DNA of 64,000 nt, taken from contig CP070702.1 of the NCBI GenBank assembly GCA_020349905.1, positions 2,230,936 through 2,294,935 on the forward strand. Reading direction: 5' to 3'. Source of the stretch: Candidatus Eiseniibacteriota bacterium (GTDB lineage Bacteria > Eisenbacteria > RBG-16-71-46 > JAFGJU01). Position numbers and translations under genes: made by a program. This document shows positions 28,755 to 37,005 of this stretch, one piece after another; position 1 is the stretch's first letter; each line of letters opens with the position of its first letter. Below the pieces are notes generated by a model. The model did no database searches. It was not told the origin of the DNA and saw nothing but the letters and a program-made list of their open reading frames with translations.

Positions 28755-29525
28755 ATGAAGAAGGCTATGGGAATTCTCCTCGGCCTGATGTGCGTTGCGT
28801 TCCTCGTGAGCCTCCTCGTTACACCTCAACCCAGGATTCAGCACAGAGGCTCTTCCGCCTTCGACGTGGCCCTAGAGCGGGCCGTTGACAGATTGGAAGG
28901 CACCGGCAGGTTCGTCCTTGCCGGAACGGCCACCCCTGTCGACGCACAGCTGCAGCCCACGTTCGATGGCAGATACACCTGCGATACGTATGAGGCGGCG
29001 ATGACCACGTGTGACCCGGCGCAGCCAGGATGCCTAACACACACAGCCGACCCAATGGGTCACACATGCGTGGCGGGTGAGTACACGTGCCAGGTGGCAA
29101 CGTGCGACACCTACGACAGGCAGCAGTATACGTGCGATCCCGCCAACGCAGACTGTCCCACTGCTACTCACACGTCTGAACCGTCGCCCTACAATCACAC
29201 TTGCGAAGGCCACACCTGTGACGGTGCCTTCACCTGTGATTTTACGGTTGACCCGCGTGCTTGGACCTGCGATGCGGCTGACGTCGACTGCCAGGACGTG
29301 ACGTTTAATGCGTTTATCTCAACGTGTGACCCGATGAAACCGGAGTGCCGCGAGAGCAATCCAGACCACTGTACCGCAGAAGGTTACTTCACGTGTATCG
29401 TGACAGAGGTAACCTGCGACCCGCTCGATCCCAACTGTCCGACCATCGATCCGAGACCGGGTTGCGCCACTGCGACAGAGCACACGACCTGGGGACAGCT
29501 CAAGACCCTACACATGAGGGAGTAG
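28755..29525 (+). CDS. secreted cysteine-rich repeat protein (about 25 Cys; repeated [YF]TC[DQ]x7-9TCDPxxPxC units)
   Basis: RBS GGGGGTGA. Signal peptide MKKAMGILLGLMCVAFLVSLLV. The mature part is dominated by 'TCD' tripeptides arranged in 4-5 degenerate repeats. No recognisable catalytic motif. Confidence 0.7.
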   Translation: MKKAMGILLGLMCVAFLVSLLVTPQPRIQHRGSSAFDVALERAVDRLEGTGRFVLAGTATPVDAQLQPTFDGRYTCDTYEAAMTTCDPAQPGCLTHTADPMGHTCVAGEYTCQVATCDTYDRQQYTCDPANADCPTATHTSEPSPYNHTCEGHTCDGAFTCDFTVDPRAWTCDAADVDCQDVTFNAFISTCDPMKPECRESNPDHCTAEGYFTCIVTEVTCDPLDPNCPTIDPRPGCATATEHTTWGQLKTLHMRE

Positions 29526-29672
29526 GACTCCCCGGGCAACGGCCAGAATTCGGGGGAGAAACCCCAGCTGTTTCTTCCCCGGATTTTTTTATTCCTGCCG
29601 CACGCATGAAGGGGTGTGGTAATATCGAAGCGCTCGTCTGGAGAGCGCGTCGCTGTTCGCTCAAGGTGACCA

Positions 29673-32099
29673 ATGAGAATGTGGACCCGAAACATCTCGT
29701 TTCTCTTTCTCGTCGGCGCCTCAACGAGGTCTCTCGGTCTACTGAGTGGTGACCTCTACGAGATACTCTCTTTCTTAGGCTTCCTGGTCTTCGCCTCCAC
29801 GTTTCGCCTGGGCCTGCTGAACGCCGGCGACGGGGGTCTCTTCCGGCTCATCTCAGCATTTTTTCTCGCAGGGGCAGGCATAGCCCTGTTCAGGTGGGGG
29901 GAGACAGGACTCCTTCCGCTGTATGTTTTTCTGTCAATATCGCTTCTGCTGCTTTTTTGGCGGAGAGAGTCTGAGGACGTCAGGCACCTGGAAAGCTACG
30001 TCCTGGCTCTGGCGTGCGTTGCGTTCCTAGGCGGGTTGGTGCGACTGCTTCCGGTTCTCTGGCACGCAGAGACAGACCTGGCTTCTCTCTTATCGTGGAC
30101 GGCGGAGAAGCTTGCCGAGGAAGACCGGGCCCTGGGGGCCACGACCATGGCGATGCCTCTTCTGGCGGCACTCTTGTTCCTCCTGTTCGTGCGGGAGGCG
30201 GCAGCTGAGAGCCGCCGCCATTCCCGGTGGATAGCCGGGGCCTTGGTTCTGGTGGCCGTCCACGTCTTCTACCTGGTCTTCCTGAAATACTACGCCCGCT
30301 GGATAACCTCTCACCGCCCGACTTGGGACTGGTTGATTCTCAATTCCCAGCACCTGTTTCTGATTCTGGGGAGCGTCGCCTTCACACTCATTGACAGAGG
30401 CAGGACAGTACGCTCCTTGATGCCCGCGTACTTCTGGCGAGCCGGCTACGTCTCAGCGGCCTTGTTTGTGGTGGCAGTGGTTGTTGCGCTGGCGCTGGCC
30501 TGGGCTCCGGCCCCCACGCACCGGCCGTACTGTGTGATGGTGTACGACGCCGGGTATCTCAACTGGAAGATTCCCGTCCACGGCACGTACGGAGAGCGTA
30601 GCGCGGGCATGTTCGGGATGTTTCCGTCGGCGCTGGAGGCCGCAGGTCTGGACGTCATCGCCTCGAATGACCTGACGCTTCTGGATTCACCGGCGGCGCC
30701 GGACTGCGTCGTAATGATAAACATCCAGGAGTATCTCGAGGAGGAGGAGAGGGAGAGGATCTGGAAGTTTGTCTCCGAGGGCGGGGGCCTGCTCTGCCTG
30801 GGTGACCACACCGGTGTGGCGGGCATCAGGGGTCCGTTTAACGACCTGCTCGAACCGGTGGGCATCCGGTTTCGATTCGACAGCTCCACGTTCTTCGGAC
30901 AGGGGTGGAACGAGGCTCTGGACTTCCGCCCGCACCCGCTCAACCGGGGCGTAGAGACGGCCGAAGATTTCCAGATATGGGTCGGCGCAACGCTAGACCT
31001 GGACATTGCTGCACGTCCCGTCGTAATCGGCCGCTACGGGTATTCCGACATAGGCGACGCCGCCAACATCGAGCGCTCCTATCTCGGCGACCGCAGGTAC
31101 AATCCCAACGAGCTTCTGGGTGACGTGGTGCTCGTGGCCGACGCTCGCTTCGGCAAGGGCAAGGTCCTGGTGTTCGGGGACACATCGGGCTACCAGAATC
31201 TCTCCCTTGTGCGCACTCTGGATTCGGTCGTCCGGTCGCTGGACTACTTGAGCGCCGGCGAGAGGTTCGGCCCCGGCGCTCTTGCGCAGGTCGGCTTACT
31301 TGTGTTGCTCCTTCTTCTCGTCACCGCTGGAGCCGCGTACGTCAAGAACCCCCTGCCCATCATCGCGGCGGCCCTGGGGGTGATTGTAGGGTCGGCGCTG
31401 TGTCAACTTGCTACACCCACGCCCAAACAGCTGACTCCGGCCTTCCTGGATGAGAGCCCCGAGTTCTCCTTCTCTCCAACGCCCCACGTCAAGAGGGAAC
31501 TCGCCGTGATGGACGTTTCTCACGGTGGTCACCACACGTTGCGGGGCTGGAAGGACAAGAGCATAGGCGGGCTTCAATTGAACCTGGCGCGGAACGGATA
31601 CTTCCCGTTGCTCAGGCCCGAGTTTCCTTACCAGGACCTCGAACGCGGGGCGGCTCTGCTTGTCATCATGGCTCCGACCCGCGTTTACAGCGAGAGAGAG
31701 ATAGATGCAATCGAGAAGTTTCTGAGAAGCGGCGGAAGGGTGATAATAAGTGTGGGCTTCGAGGAGCTTCGCGCCTCCGAAGGACTTCTCAACCGTTTCG
31801 GCCTCAGCGTGGCGAACGTGCCGCTGGGGCGACTCGAGGTCGCCTCCGAGGGCGACAGTCCCGGGATTCTGTTCCGGGAGGGATGGCCGGTTCTCTTCGA
31901 CAGCGGCGCTCCGGTGGAGGTCATGGTGTCTGAGTGGAACTACCCGCTCGTCGTGAGGAAGCCTGTCGGGGCGGGCAACATAATTCTCATCGGGGACAGC
32001 TCCTTTTTCCACGACGCGAATCTTGAAACGCGTGAACACTATTTCGAGGGGAACGTGGCGTTCTTCAGGCGACTCATCGAGCTTGGAAAAACGAAATGA
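29673..32099 (+). CDS. large polytopic membrane protein (about 9 N-terminal TM helices plus 2 internal TM helices) carrying two GldG/GATase1-like extracytoplasmic domains; paralog A
   Basis: Hydrophobicity pattern. Two soluble domains with motifs CVVMINIQEYL...FVSEGGGLLCLGDHTG and LLVIMAPTRVYSEREIDAIEKFLRSGGRVIISVG...NIILIGDSSFFHD. These resemble the GldG / 'ABC-type uncharacterized transport system' family pattern (VLVIAGP..FS..E...L..FV..GG.L). Paralogous to the next gene. Confidence 0.6.
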   Translation: MRMWTRNISFLFLVGASTRSLGLLSGDLYEILSFLGFLVFASTFRLGLLNAGDGGLFRLISAFFLAGAGIALFRWGETGLLPLYVFLSISLLLLFWRRESEDVRHLESYVLALACVAFLGGLVRLLPVLWHAETDLASLLSWTAEKLAEEDRALGATTMAMPLLAALLFLLFVREAAAESRRHSRWIAGALVLVAVHVFYLVFLKYYARWITSHRPTWDWLILNSQHLFLILGSVAFTLIDRGRTVRSLMPAYFWRAGYVSAALFVVAVVVALALAWAPAPTHRPYCVMVYDAGYLNWKIPVHGTYGERSAGMFGMFPSALEAAGLDVIASNDLTLLDSPAAPDCVVMINIQEYLEEEERERIWKFVSEGGGLLCLGDHTGVAGIRGPFNDLLEPVGIRFRFDSSTFFGQGWNEALDFRPHPLNRGVETAEDFQIWVGATLDLDIAARPVVIGRYGYSDIGDAANIERSYLGDRRYNPNELLGDVVLVADARFGKGKVLVFGDTSGYQNLSLVRTLDSVVRSLDYLSAGERFGPGALAQVGLLVLLLLLVTAGAAYVKNPLPIIAAALGVIVGSALCQLATPTPKQLTPAFLDESPEFSFSPTPHVKRELAVMDVSHGGHHTLRGWKDKSIGGLQLNLARNGYFPLLRPEFPYQDLERGAALLVIMAPTRVYSEREIDAIEKFLRSGGRVIISVGFEELRASEGLLNRFGLSVANVPLGRLEVASEGDSPGILFREGWPVLFDSGAPVEVMVSEWNYPLVVRKPVGAGNIILIGDSSFFHDANLETREHYFEGNVAFFRRLIELGKTK

Positions 32100-34714
32100 C
32101 CGCAGTCTGGATTGGCATACTCGTTCTGGCGTTCTCGTGGCTCAAAGCGCTTCCTCTATTTGAAGACGCCGGCGGCTCTTTGCCGTGGTTTCTGGTCGGA
32201 GTGCTCCTGGTAGTCTTCGGGCTTCGCAATCAGAACTTCTGGCAAGACGGACCGCGAAAGGGTCCTGCGGTGGCCGTTCTCGTTTCCTCCATGGTGGCGA
32301 TTGCCTGGCTGGGTGATCCTTTCCGGACGGGATTCCTTCTGCTGGCACTGGCTGCCCTTCTCACGCTGCTTCCTGTGCCGCGCGCAGCTGCACGGTGGGC
32401 CCTGCCGGGATTATGGTTCTCCGGAATGGTGTGCGTACTGCAGGCGGCGTGCGTCCCTCTTCTTTACTCGTTCTGCGCCCGTTATCACCAGACCGCCGAG
32501 CTGCCGTTCCTGCACGACCTGGTGTCCGGATTTCCGTCCTTCCCGTGGCTGGCGACATTGCTCTACGTCCCCCTCAAGATACTGAATCCCGACACGGCCC
32601 TTGGCGGGGCTACTCTGTATATGCCCGCCAGCGTGGACGTGATAGCGTTGACTCCCACCTGGGAGAAGCTGGGCCTCATCCCGGCCGTTCTCTTTGGGGC
32701 CGGCGCCGCTCCGCTCCTGCTCCTTCGCCCCGACTGGCGCAGGCGGTTGGGTGGGCTGCTGTTCTGGACGGCCCTCTTCCTGTACGTACGTCTTGTGCTC
32801 CTCTTCCTGCTGGTCGCCCACACGAGAAACGAGCGCGCCTTCTGGCTCTTTGACTTCGTCTTCCTGAGCTTCTTTCCGCTCGCCCTTTTGCTCGCGGCCT
32901 GGTGGCATCGGGGCTCTTCGGCTCCTGAGTCGCCTGAGCCCTCGGAGGTCGGGCCTCTCAGGTCGGGCAGGAAACGCTTCCTGGCCTGGCTGGCGGGTCC
33001 CGAGGAGAGCGAGAGTCATTTTGACGCGAGGCTCAGAACGGCACGTGTGCTCGTCGCGACGTTTCTCTTCGCAGGCGGGCTCACTGCGTTCTGGGGATTT
33101 CACGACGCGGGGATTCCGAAGGCCGGCCGCATTCTCATCGACGAAGGCCACAGCGACTGGGAGTGGACGACCGAACCCTTCGACACTCTCACGTACGGGG
33201 GAAAGTCTGGCTACAACTACTACTGTCTTGCCGATTACTGGAATCACTTCTACAGCGTGGAGACCCGAAGAGACAGCTTGACGTCCGAACTTCTGGCAGG
33301 TTGGGACGTCCTAGTCATAAAGACGCCCACGTCGGCTTTCTCGAAACAAGAAGTAGACGCCATCGAGGGTTTTGTCCGGCAGGGGGGCGGACTCTTTCTC
33401 ATAGGTGACCACACCAACGTATTCGGAACCAGTACGTATCTCAATGCTATCGCCGAACGGTTCGGAATGTACTTCAGATACGACGCCACCTACACCCTGG
33501 CCTCGCTCGGCCTCAGTCTCTTCGAGCGCCCGCATCGGTTTGCTCATCCGGTGATTCGTTTCATGCCCGATTACCTGTTTGCCACCTCGTGCACGATGTA
33601 TTCCCCTCCCCTGTCGGAGAACGTCATCCTTGGATACGGGCTTCGGGCCATGTACCTGGACTACTCGGAGGTGAGCTACTTTCCGACCAAGCAAGAGAAG
33701 TGGGACTACGATTTCGGGCTCTTCGTCCAGGCCGGAGGCGTGAGATTCGGCAAGGGCAGAGTCCTGGGTTTCACCGACAGCACCTGTTTTTCGAACTTCT
33801 TCATGTTCATGCCGGGAAAGCCAGAGCTGGCTCTGGCGTCCCTGGAATGGCTGAACAGAACGAACAGATGGTCGTGGCGCTACAGAATTTTCCTCCTCAC
33901 TTCACTTATCGGACTCGTGCTGCTCGTCATCGAGGCGCGTCGCAACACGGGCCTGTCCTTCTGGCAGGGAGTGATCGTATCGGGTACGTTGACGGTCGTA
34001 GTCCTTGGAGCCATCACCGAATCGCAGGTCGCCCGTTCCTACGCTCTGCCGCAGCCGCACCGTCCCCCGATCTACATCACCTTTGACCACGAACACGGGA
34101 ACTACCTGATCCCCGCCGAGACTCTGCCCGTCTCCAACTGGCAGAACTTCCAGACGTTCTACGTCTGGACCCAGCGCATGGGACTCGTTCCCAGAGACGA
34201 GAGCTCCCTGGAGGGAGCGGTCCGGAACAGCCGCGCTCTCGTGGAGATTCACCCCTACCGTTCCTTCTCCATCGAGGAGATAGACCTTGTCGTAGATTTC
34301 GTGCGGCGGGGAGGAACGCTCGTCGTGCTGGATTCCCCCGACAACTTCCGCAGTTCTGCGAAAACGCTCCTGGGGCCCTTCAGCGTATACTTTGACGGGG
34401 AGGTGGCTGATTCCCTGGCCGTGCTCGACGCTCAGGGCGACACCCTGGGAGTGCCGCGACGGGCCGTCGGTGTTAGAGGCGTGGCTCCCCTTCTTACGCT
34501 GGGTGACGGCCGGACTGTCATGGGCTACCGGCCCTTCGGAAAAGGTAGGGTCGTCGCGTGTGGGGCGTCGTACCTCTTCTGCTCGGAGTCCATGGGAAAC
34601 ACAGCCGTCGTACCGAACGCCCGGCAGAGGCGCGTCTTCAGGGCAGAGTACGACGTCTTTGAGAAGGTGGCCGGCCTGCGTGTGCGGGGACGTTACTACC
34701 TTCCTGACGAATAG
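32096..34714 (+). CDS. paralog B of the preceding membrane protein (same N-terminal TM module plus two GldG/GATase1-like domains)
   Basis: Start ATG overlaps the previous stop (ATGA at 32096-32099), indicating translational coupling. Domain motifs DVLVIKTPTSAFSKQEVDAIEGFVRQGGGLFLIGDHTNVFG and LVEIHPYRSFSIEEIDLVVDFVRRGGTLVVLDSPDNF are collinear with paralog A. Confidence 0.6.
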   Translation: MTAVWIGILVLAFSWLKALPLFEDAGGSLPWFLVGVLLVVFGLRNQNFWQDGPRKGPAVAVLVSSMVAIAWLGDPFRTGFLLLALAALLTLLPVPRAAARWALPGLWFSGMVCVLQAACVPLLYSFCARYHQTAELPFLHDLVSGFPSFPWLATLLYVPLKILNPDTALGGATLYMPASVDVIALTPTWEKLGLIPAVLFGAGAAPLLLLRPDWRRRLGGLLFWTALFLYVRLVLLFLLVAHTRNERAFWLFDFVFLSFFPLALLLAAWWHRGSSAPESPEPSEVGPLRSGRKRFLAWLAGPEESESHFDARLRTARVLVATFLFAGGLTAFWGFHDAGIPKAGRILIDEGHSDWEWTTEPFDTLTYGGKSGYNYYCLADYWNHFYSVETRRDSLTSELLAGWDVLVIKTPTSAFSKQEVDAIEGFVRQGGGLFLIGDHTNVFGTSTYLNAIAERFGMYFRYDATYTLASLGLSLFERPHRFAHPVIRFMPDYLFATSCTMYSPPLSENVILGYGLRAMYLDYSEVSYFPTKQEKWDYDFGLFVQAGGVRFGKGRVLGFTDSTCFSNFFMFMPGKPELALASLEWLNRTNRWSWRYRIFLLTSLIGLVLLVIEARRNTGLSFWQGVIVSGTLTVVVLGAITESQVARSYALPQPHRPPIYITFDHEHGNYLIPAETLPVSNWQNFQTFYVWTQRMGLVPRDESSLEGAVRNSRALVEIHPYRSFSIEEIDLVVDFVRRGGTLVVLDSPDNFRSSAKTLLGPFSVYFDGEVADSLAVLDAQGDTLGVPRRAVGVRGVAPLLTLGDGRTVMGYRPFGKGRVVACGASYLFCSESMGNTAVVPNARQRRVFRAEYDVFEKVAGLRVRGRYYLPDE

Positions 34715-34742
34715 CGGAGAGAGATGCCGCAGGGTTACACAG

Positions 34743-34862
34743 ACACGAGGGGATGGTTCGGATGCCACCTGGAACAAAGACACGCAGGGGTGCTCGGATG
34801 CCCCCAGGACACGGACACGCAGGGGTGCTCGGACGCCCCCAGGACACGGACACGCAGGGGTG
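34743..34862. repeat. tandem direct repeat, about 3.4 copies of a 35-bp unit (GACACGCAGGGGTGCTCGGATGCCCCCAGGACACG)
   Basis: Two near-perfect copies at 34779-34813 and 34814-34848. A truncated third copy and a degenerate leading copy flank them. It sits in the 150-nt gap between membrane protein B and the next gene. Confidence 0.75.
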
Positions 34863-34867
34863 ACCAG

Positions 34868-35674
34868 ATGTTGCGTATGAAACTGATGGCGAGCATTCTC
34901 GCAACGCTCGTGGCTCTTGCGGGCGCCCCGGGCGATGGGAGGACCGGCCGCGTTGGTGAAACTCCGTCTGCTGCGGCCGCGGGTACCGATTCGGGGCGCG
35001 TGAACTACAGCCCGCCGTTCGACCCGAAGGATTTCGTTGAGCACGTCGACAATCCCTACTTTCCCCTCACGCCAGGAACGACGCGCCTGTATGCCTTGAG
35101 GACCGAAGAAGACCTCGGGGCAGTTGAGGAGTTTGTCACCTTTGACACGAAGACCATCCTGGGCGTCAAGACCACAGTGGTGCTCAGCAAAGAGATGATG
35201 GGAGGGGCTCTCGTCGAACAGACCTCGGACTGGTATGCACAGGACAAGCACGGCAACGTATGGTACTTCGGCGAGTACTCCGAGCATTACAGGGACGGAG
35301 AATTTCTTGGCACTCGCGGCTCATGGGAGGCGGGCAAGGACGACGTGCAACCCGGAATCATCATGCCCGCCAATCCCAGAATACGAATGACCTACAGGCA
35401 GGAATGCCGCATCGGCGAGGCAGAAGACTTTGCAGAGGTGCTGAGTCGTTCGAAGCGGGTCTCCGTGCCGTACGGGACCTTCGAGAAGTGCCTTCAGACG
35501 GCTGAGTGGACCCCGCTAGAACCCGGAGGCAGGGAGTTCAAGTACTACGCGCCCGGCGTAGGACTCGTCCTGGAAGTCGAACCCGGGGACAACGAAACCC
35601 GCCTCGAGCTGGCGGCCGTGTCGCCCCCGGGTGGAATGATCGAGGTCGACAGCTTGACGAAGAAAGCCCGCTAG
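34868..35674 (+). CDS. secreted protein of unknown function
   Basis: Signal peptide MLRMKLMASILATLVALAGAPG after a GGGGTGA SD. The six-frame ORF starts further upstream at 34724 but that extension is the repeat array. No recognisable motifs. Confidence 0.55.
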   Translation: MLRMKLMASILATLVALAGAPGDGRTGRVGETPSAAAAGTDSGRVNYSPPFDPKDFVEHVDNPYFPLTPGTTRLYALRTEEDLGAVEEFVTFDTKTILGVKTTVVLSKEMMGGALVEQTSDWYAQDKHGNVWYFGEYSEHYRDGEFLGTRGSWEAGKDDVQPGIIMPANPRIRMTYRQECRIGEAEDFAEVLSRSKRVSVPYGTFEKCLQTAEWTPLEPGGREFKYYAPGVGLVLEVEPGDNETRLELAAVSPPGGMIEVDSLTKKAR

Positions 35675-36993
35675 ACACCCGCAACAACGACGTCCGCAAA
35701 GACCAGGCTGGGCGTACGTCGCGAGGAGTATACCCACGGGTCGTTTGCCACTTCTATGAGCCGGGGCCAGAACTTGAGCTGGTTGTCTGCGATGTTCATC
35801 TCGGCCACTGCCTGAGTGGGCTTGCCGTCCTCGAAGAGGTGGCCGAAGATTCCAATCGAAGCATCCCCGGTCGTTGAGTTGGAATTCCCTCCTATGAATC
35901 CCGTGATGTATATCCCTCTTCCCAGGTCCTTCATTATCTCCGCCACGGATCTCTTTCCGGGAGGGATGATGAGGTTCGAAGAACCCCCGGTCGTGGGTTC
36001 GCAGTCCAGCTTGCGGCTGTAGTACCAGTCGACATAGAAATCCTTGAGCACGCCCGATTCGATCATGACTCGCTTCTTCGCCGCGAAACCGTCCCCGTCG
36101 AATAACCGGCTGCCCAAACCTCCGACAAGTAGCGGATCATCGATCAGCGTAAGATGCTCGCTCGCGACCTTCTGACCCTTCTTGTCTGCTAGGAAGGACC
36201 GCTTCTGGTGGATGTTCCAACCGCTCATCGCTTCCAGCAACGCGCCCAGCAGTGTGGGAACGTTTCGATTCTCCACAATGATGGGTAGCGTCTCAGTCTT
36301 GAGCTTCTTGGCGCCCAGAAGGCTCAGGGTCCGCCTGGCGGCGACGGCTCCGATTTCTCCGGGCGAGGGCATCTTCCTCCGGGCCACAGAAGCCACGAAA
36401 TTGTAGCCGGCGGGCCTGCGATCTCCCTCGTCCTGTGCGGTGACGCGGGCTCCGGCCCAGTAGGAGGTGCCGTTTGCGTAGCCCTCGAAACCGTTACTGG
36501 TAAGAACTACCCTCTCCTCGTGGGTATCCTGGGCCATGGCGGTCACGGTGATGATCTTCTCGCCCCCCTCTGTGAGGCAGGCCTCTTCGATGGTCTTCAC
36601 CGAGTCGTGCCGGTCACCAGCGGTGAGCTGAGGGTAGTCCGGGTCGATTATTTTCAAGTCCACATCCGCCCTGCCTTCGTAGTACTTGGGGTCTGGCAGA
36701 GCGCGATACGGGTCCTCGGCCAGAAGTCCTGTCGTGGCCACGGCCTTGGCGATGAAGTCCGTGAGGGCGTTCCGTCGCAAATCGGACGTGCTCTGGGCCG
36801 AATAGCGACCCTTCGCGAAGATTTCGACGACAAGCTCCCTGGTCGAGGCCTCCTTTATGTTCTCGGGCTTGCGTTCCCTGTAGCTCATCTGAACGAATCG
36901 CTCTCCGGAAATCCCGACGCGACAATTGTCGGCACCGGACGACAGAGCTGTCTTGACCGACCATCCGGCCAGGTCATGAAGTTCCTTGTTCAT
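35671..36993 (-). CDS. pmbA: PmbA/TldE-family metallopeptidase component
   Basis: 440 aa TldD/PmbA-fold protein lacking the HExxxH motif, paired with the adjacent TldD gene. Confidence 0.65.
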   Translation of the reverse strand: MNKELHDLAGWSVKTALSSGADNCRVGISGERFVQMSYRERKPENIKEASTRELVVEIFAKGRYSAQSTSDLRRNALTDFIAKAVATTGLLAEDPYRALPDPKYYEGRADVDLKIIDPDYPQLTAGDRHDSVKTIEEACLTEGGEKIITVTAMAQDTHEERVVLTSNGFEGYANGTSYWAGARVTAQDEGDRRPAGYNFVASVARRKMPSPGEIGAVAARRTLSLLGAKKLKTETLPIIVENRNVPTLLGALLEAMSGWNIHQKRSFLADKKGQKVASEHLTLIDDPLLVGGLGSRLFDGDGFAAKKRVMIESGVLKDFYVDWYYSRKLDCEPTTGGSSNLIIPPGKRSVAEIMKDLGRGIYITGFIGGNSNSTTGDASIGIFGHLFEDGKPTQAVAEMNIADNQLKFWPRLIEVANDPWVYSSRRTPSLVFADVVVAGV

Positions 36994-37005
36994 CCTCTCT
37001 CTCCT

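Noticed and set aside
25328-34862. Direct-repeat arrays as a possible CRISPR
   Set aside because: There are only 2-4 copies. Repeats abut or are separated by non-uniform, partly homologous spacers. No cas genes or leader are present, so these are not CRISPR arrays.
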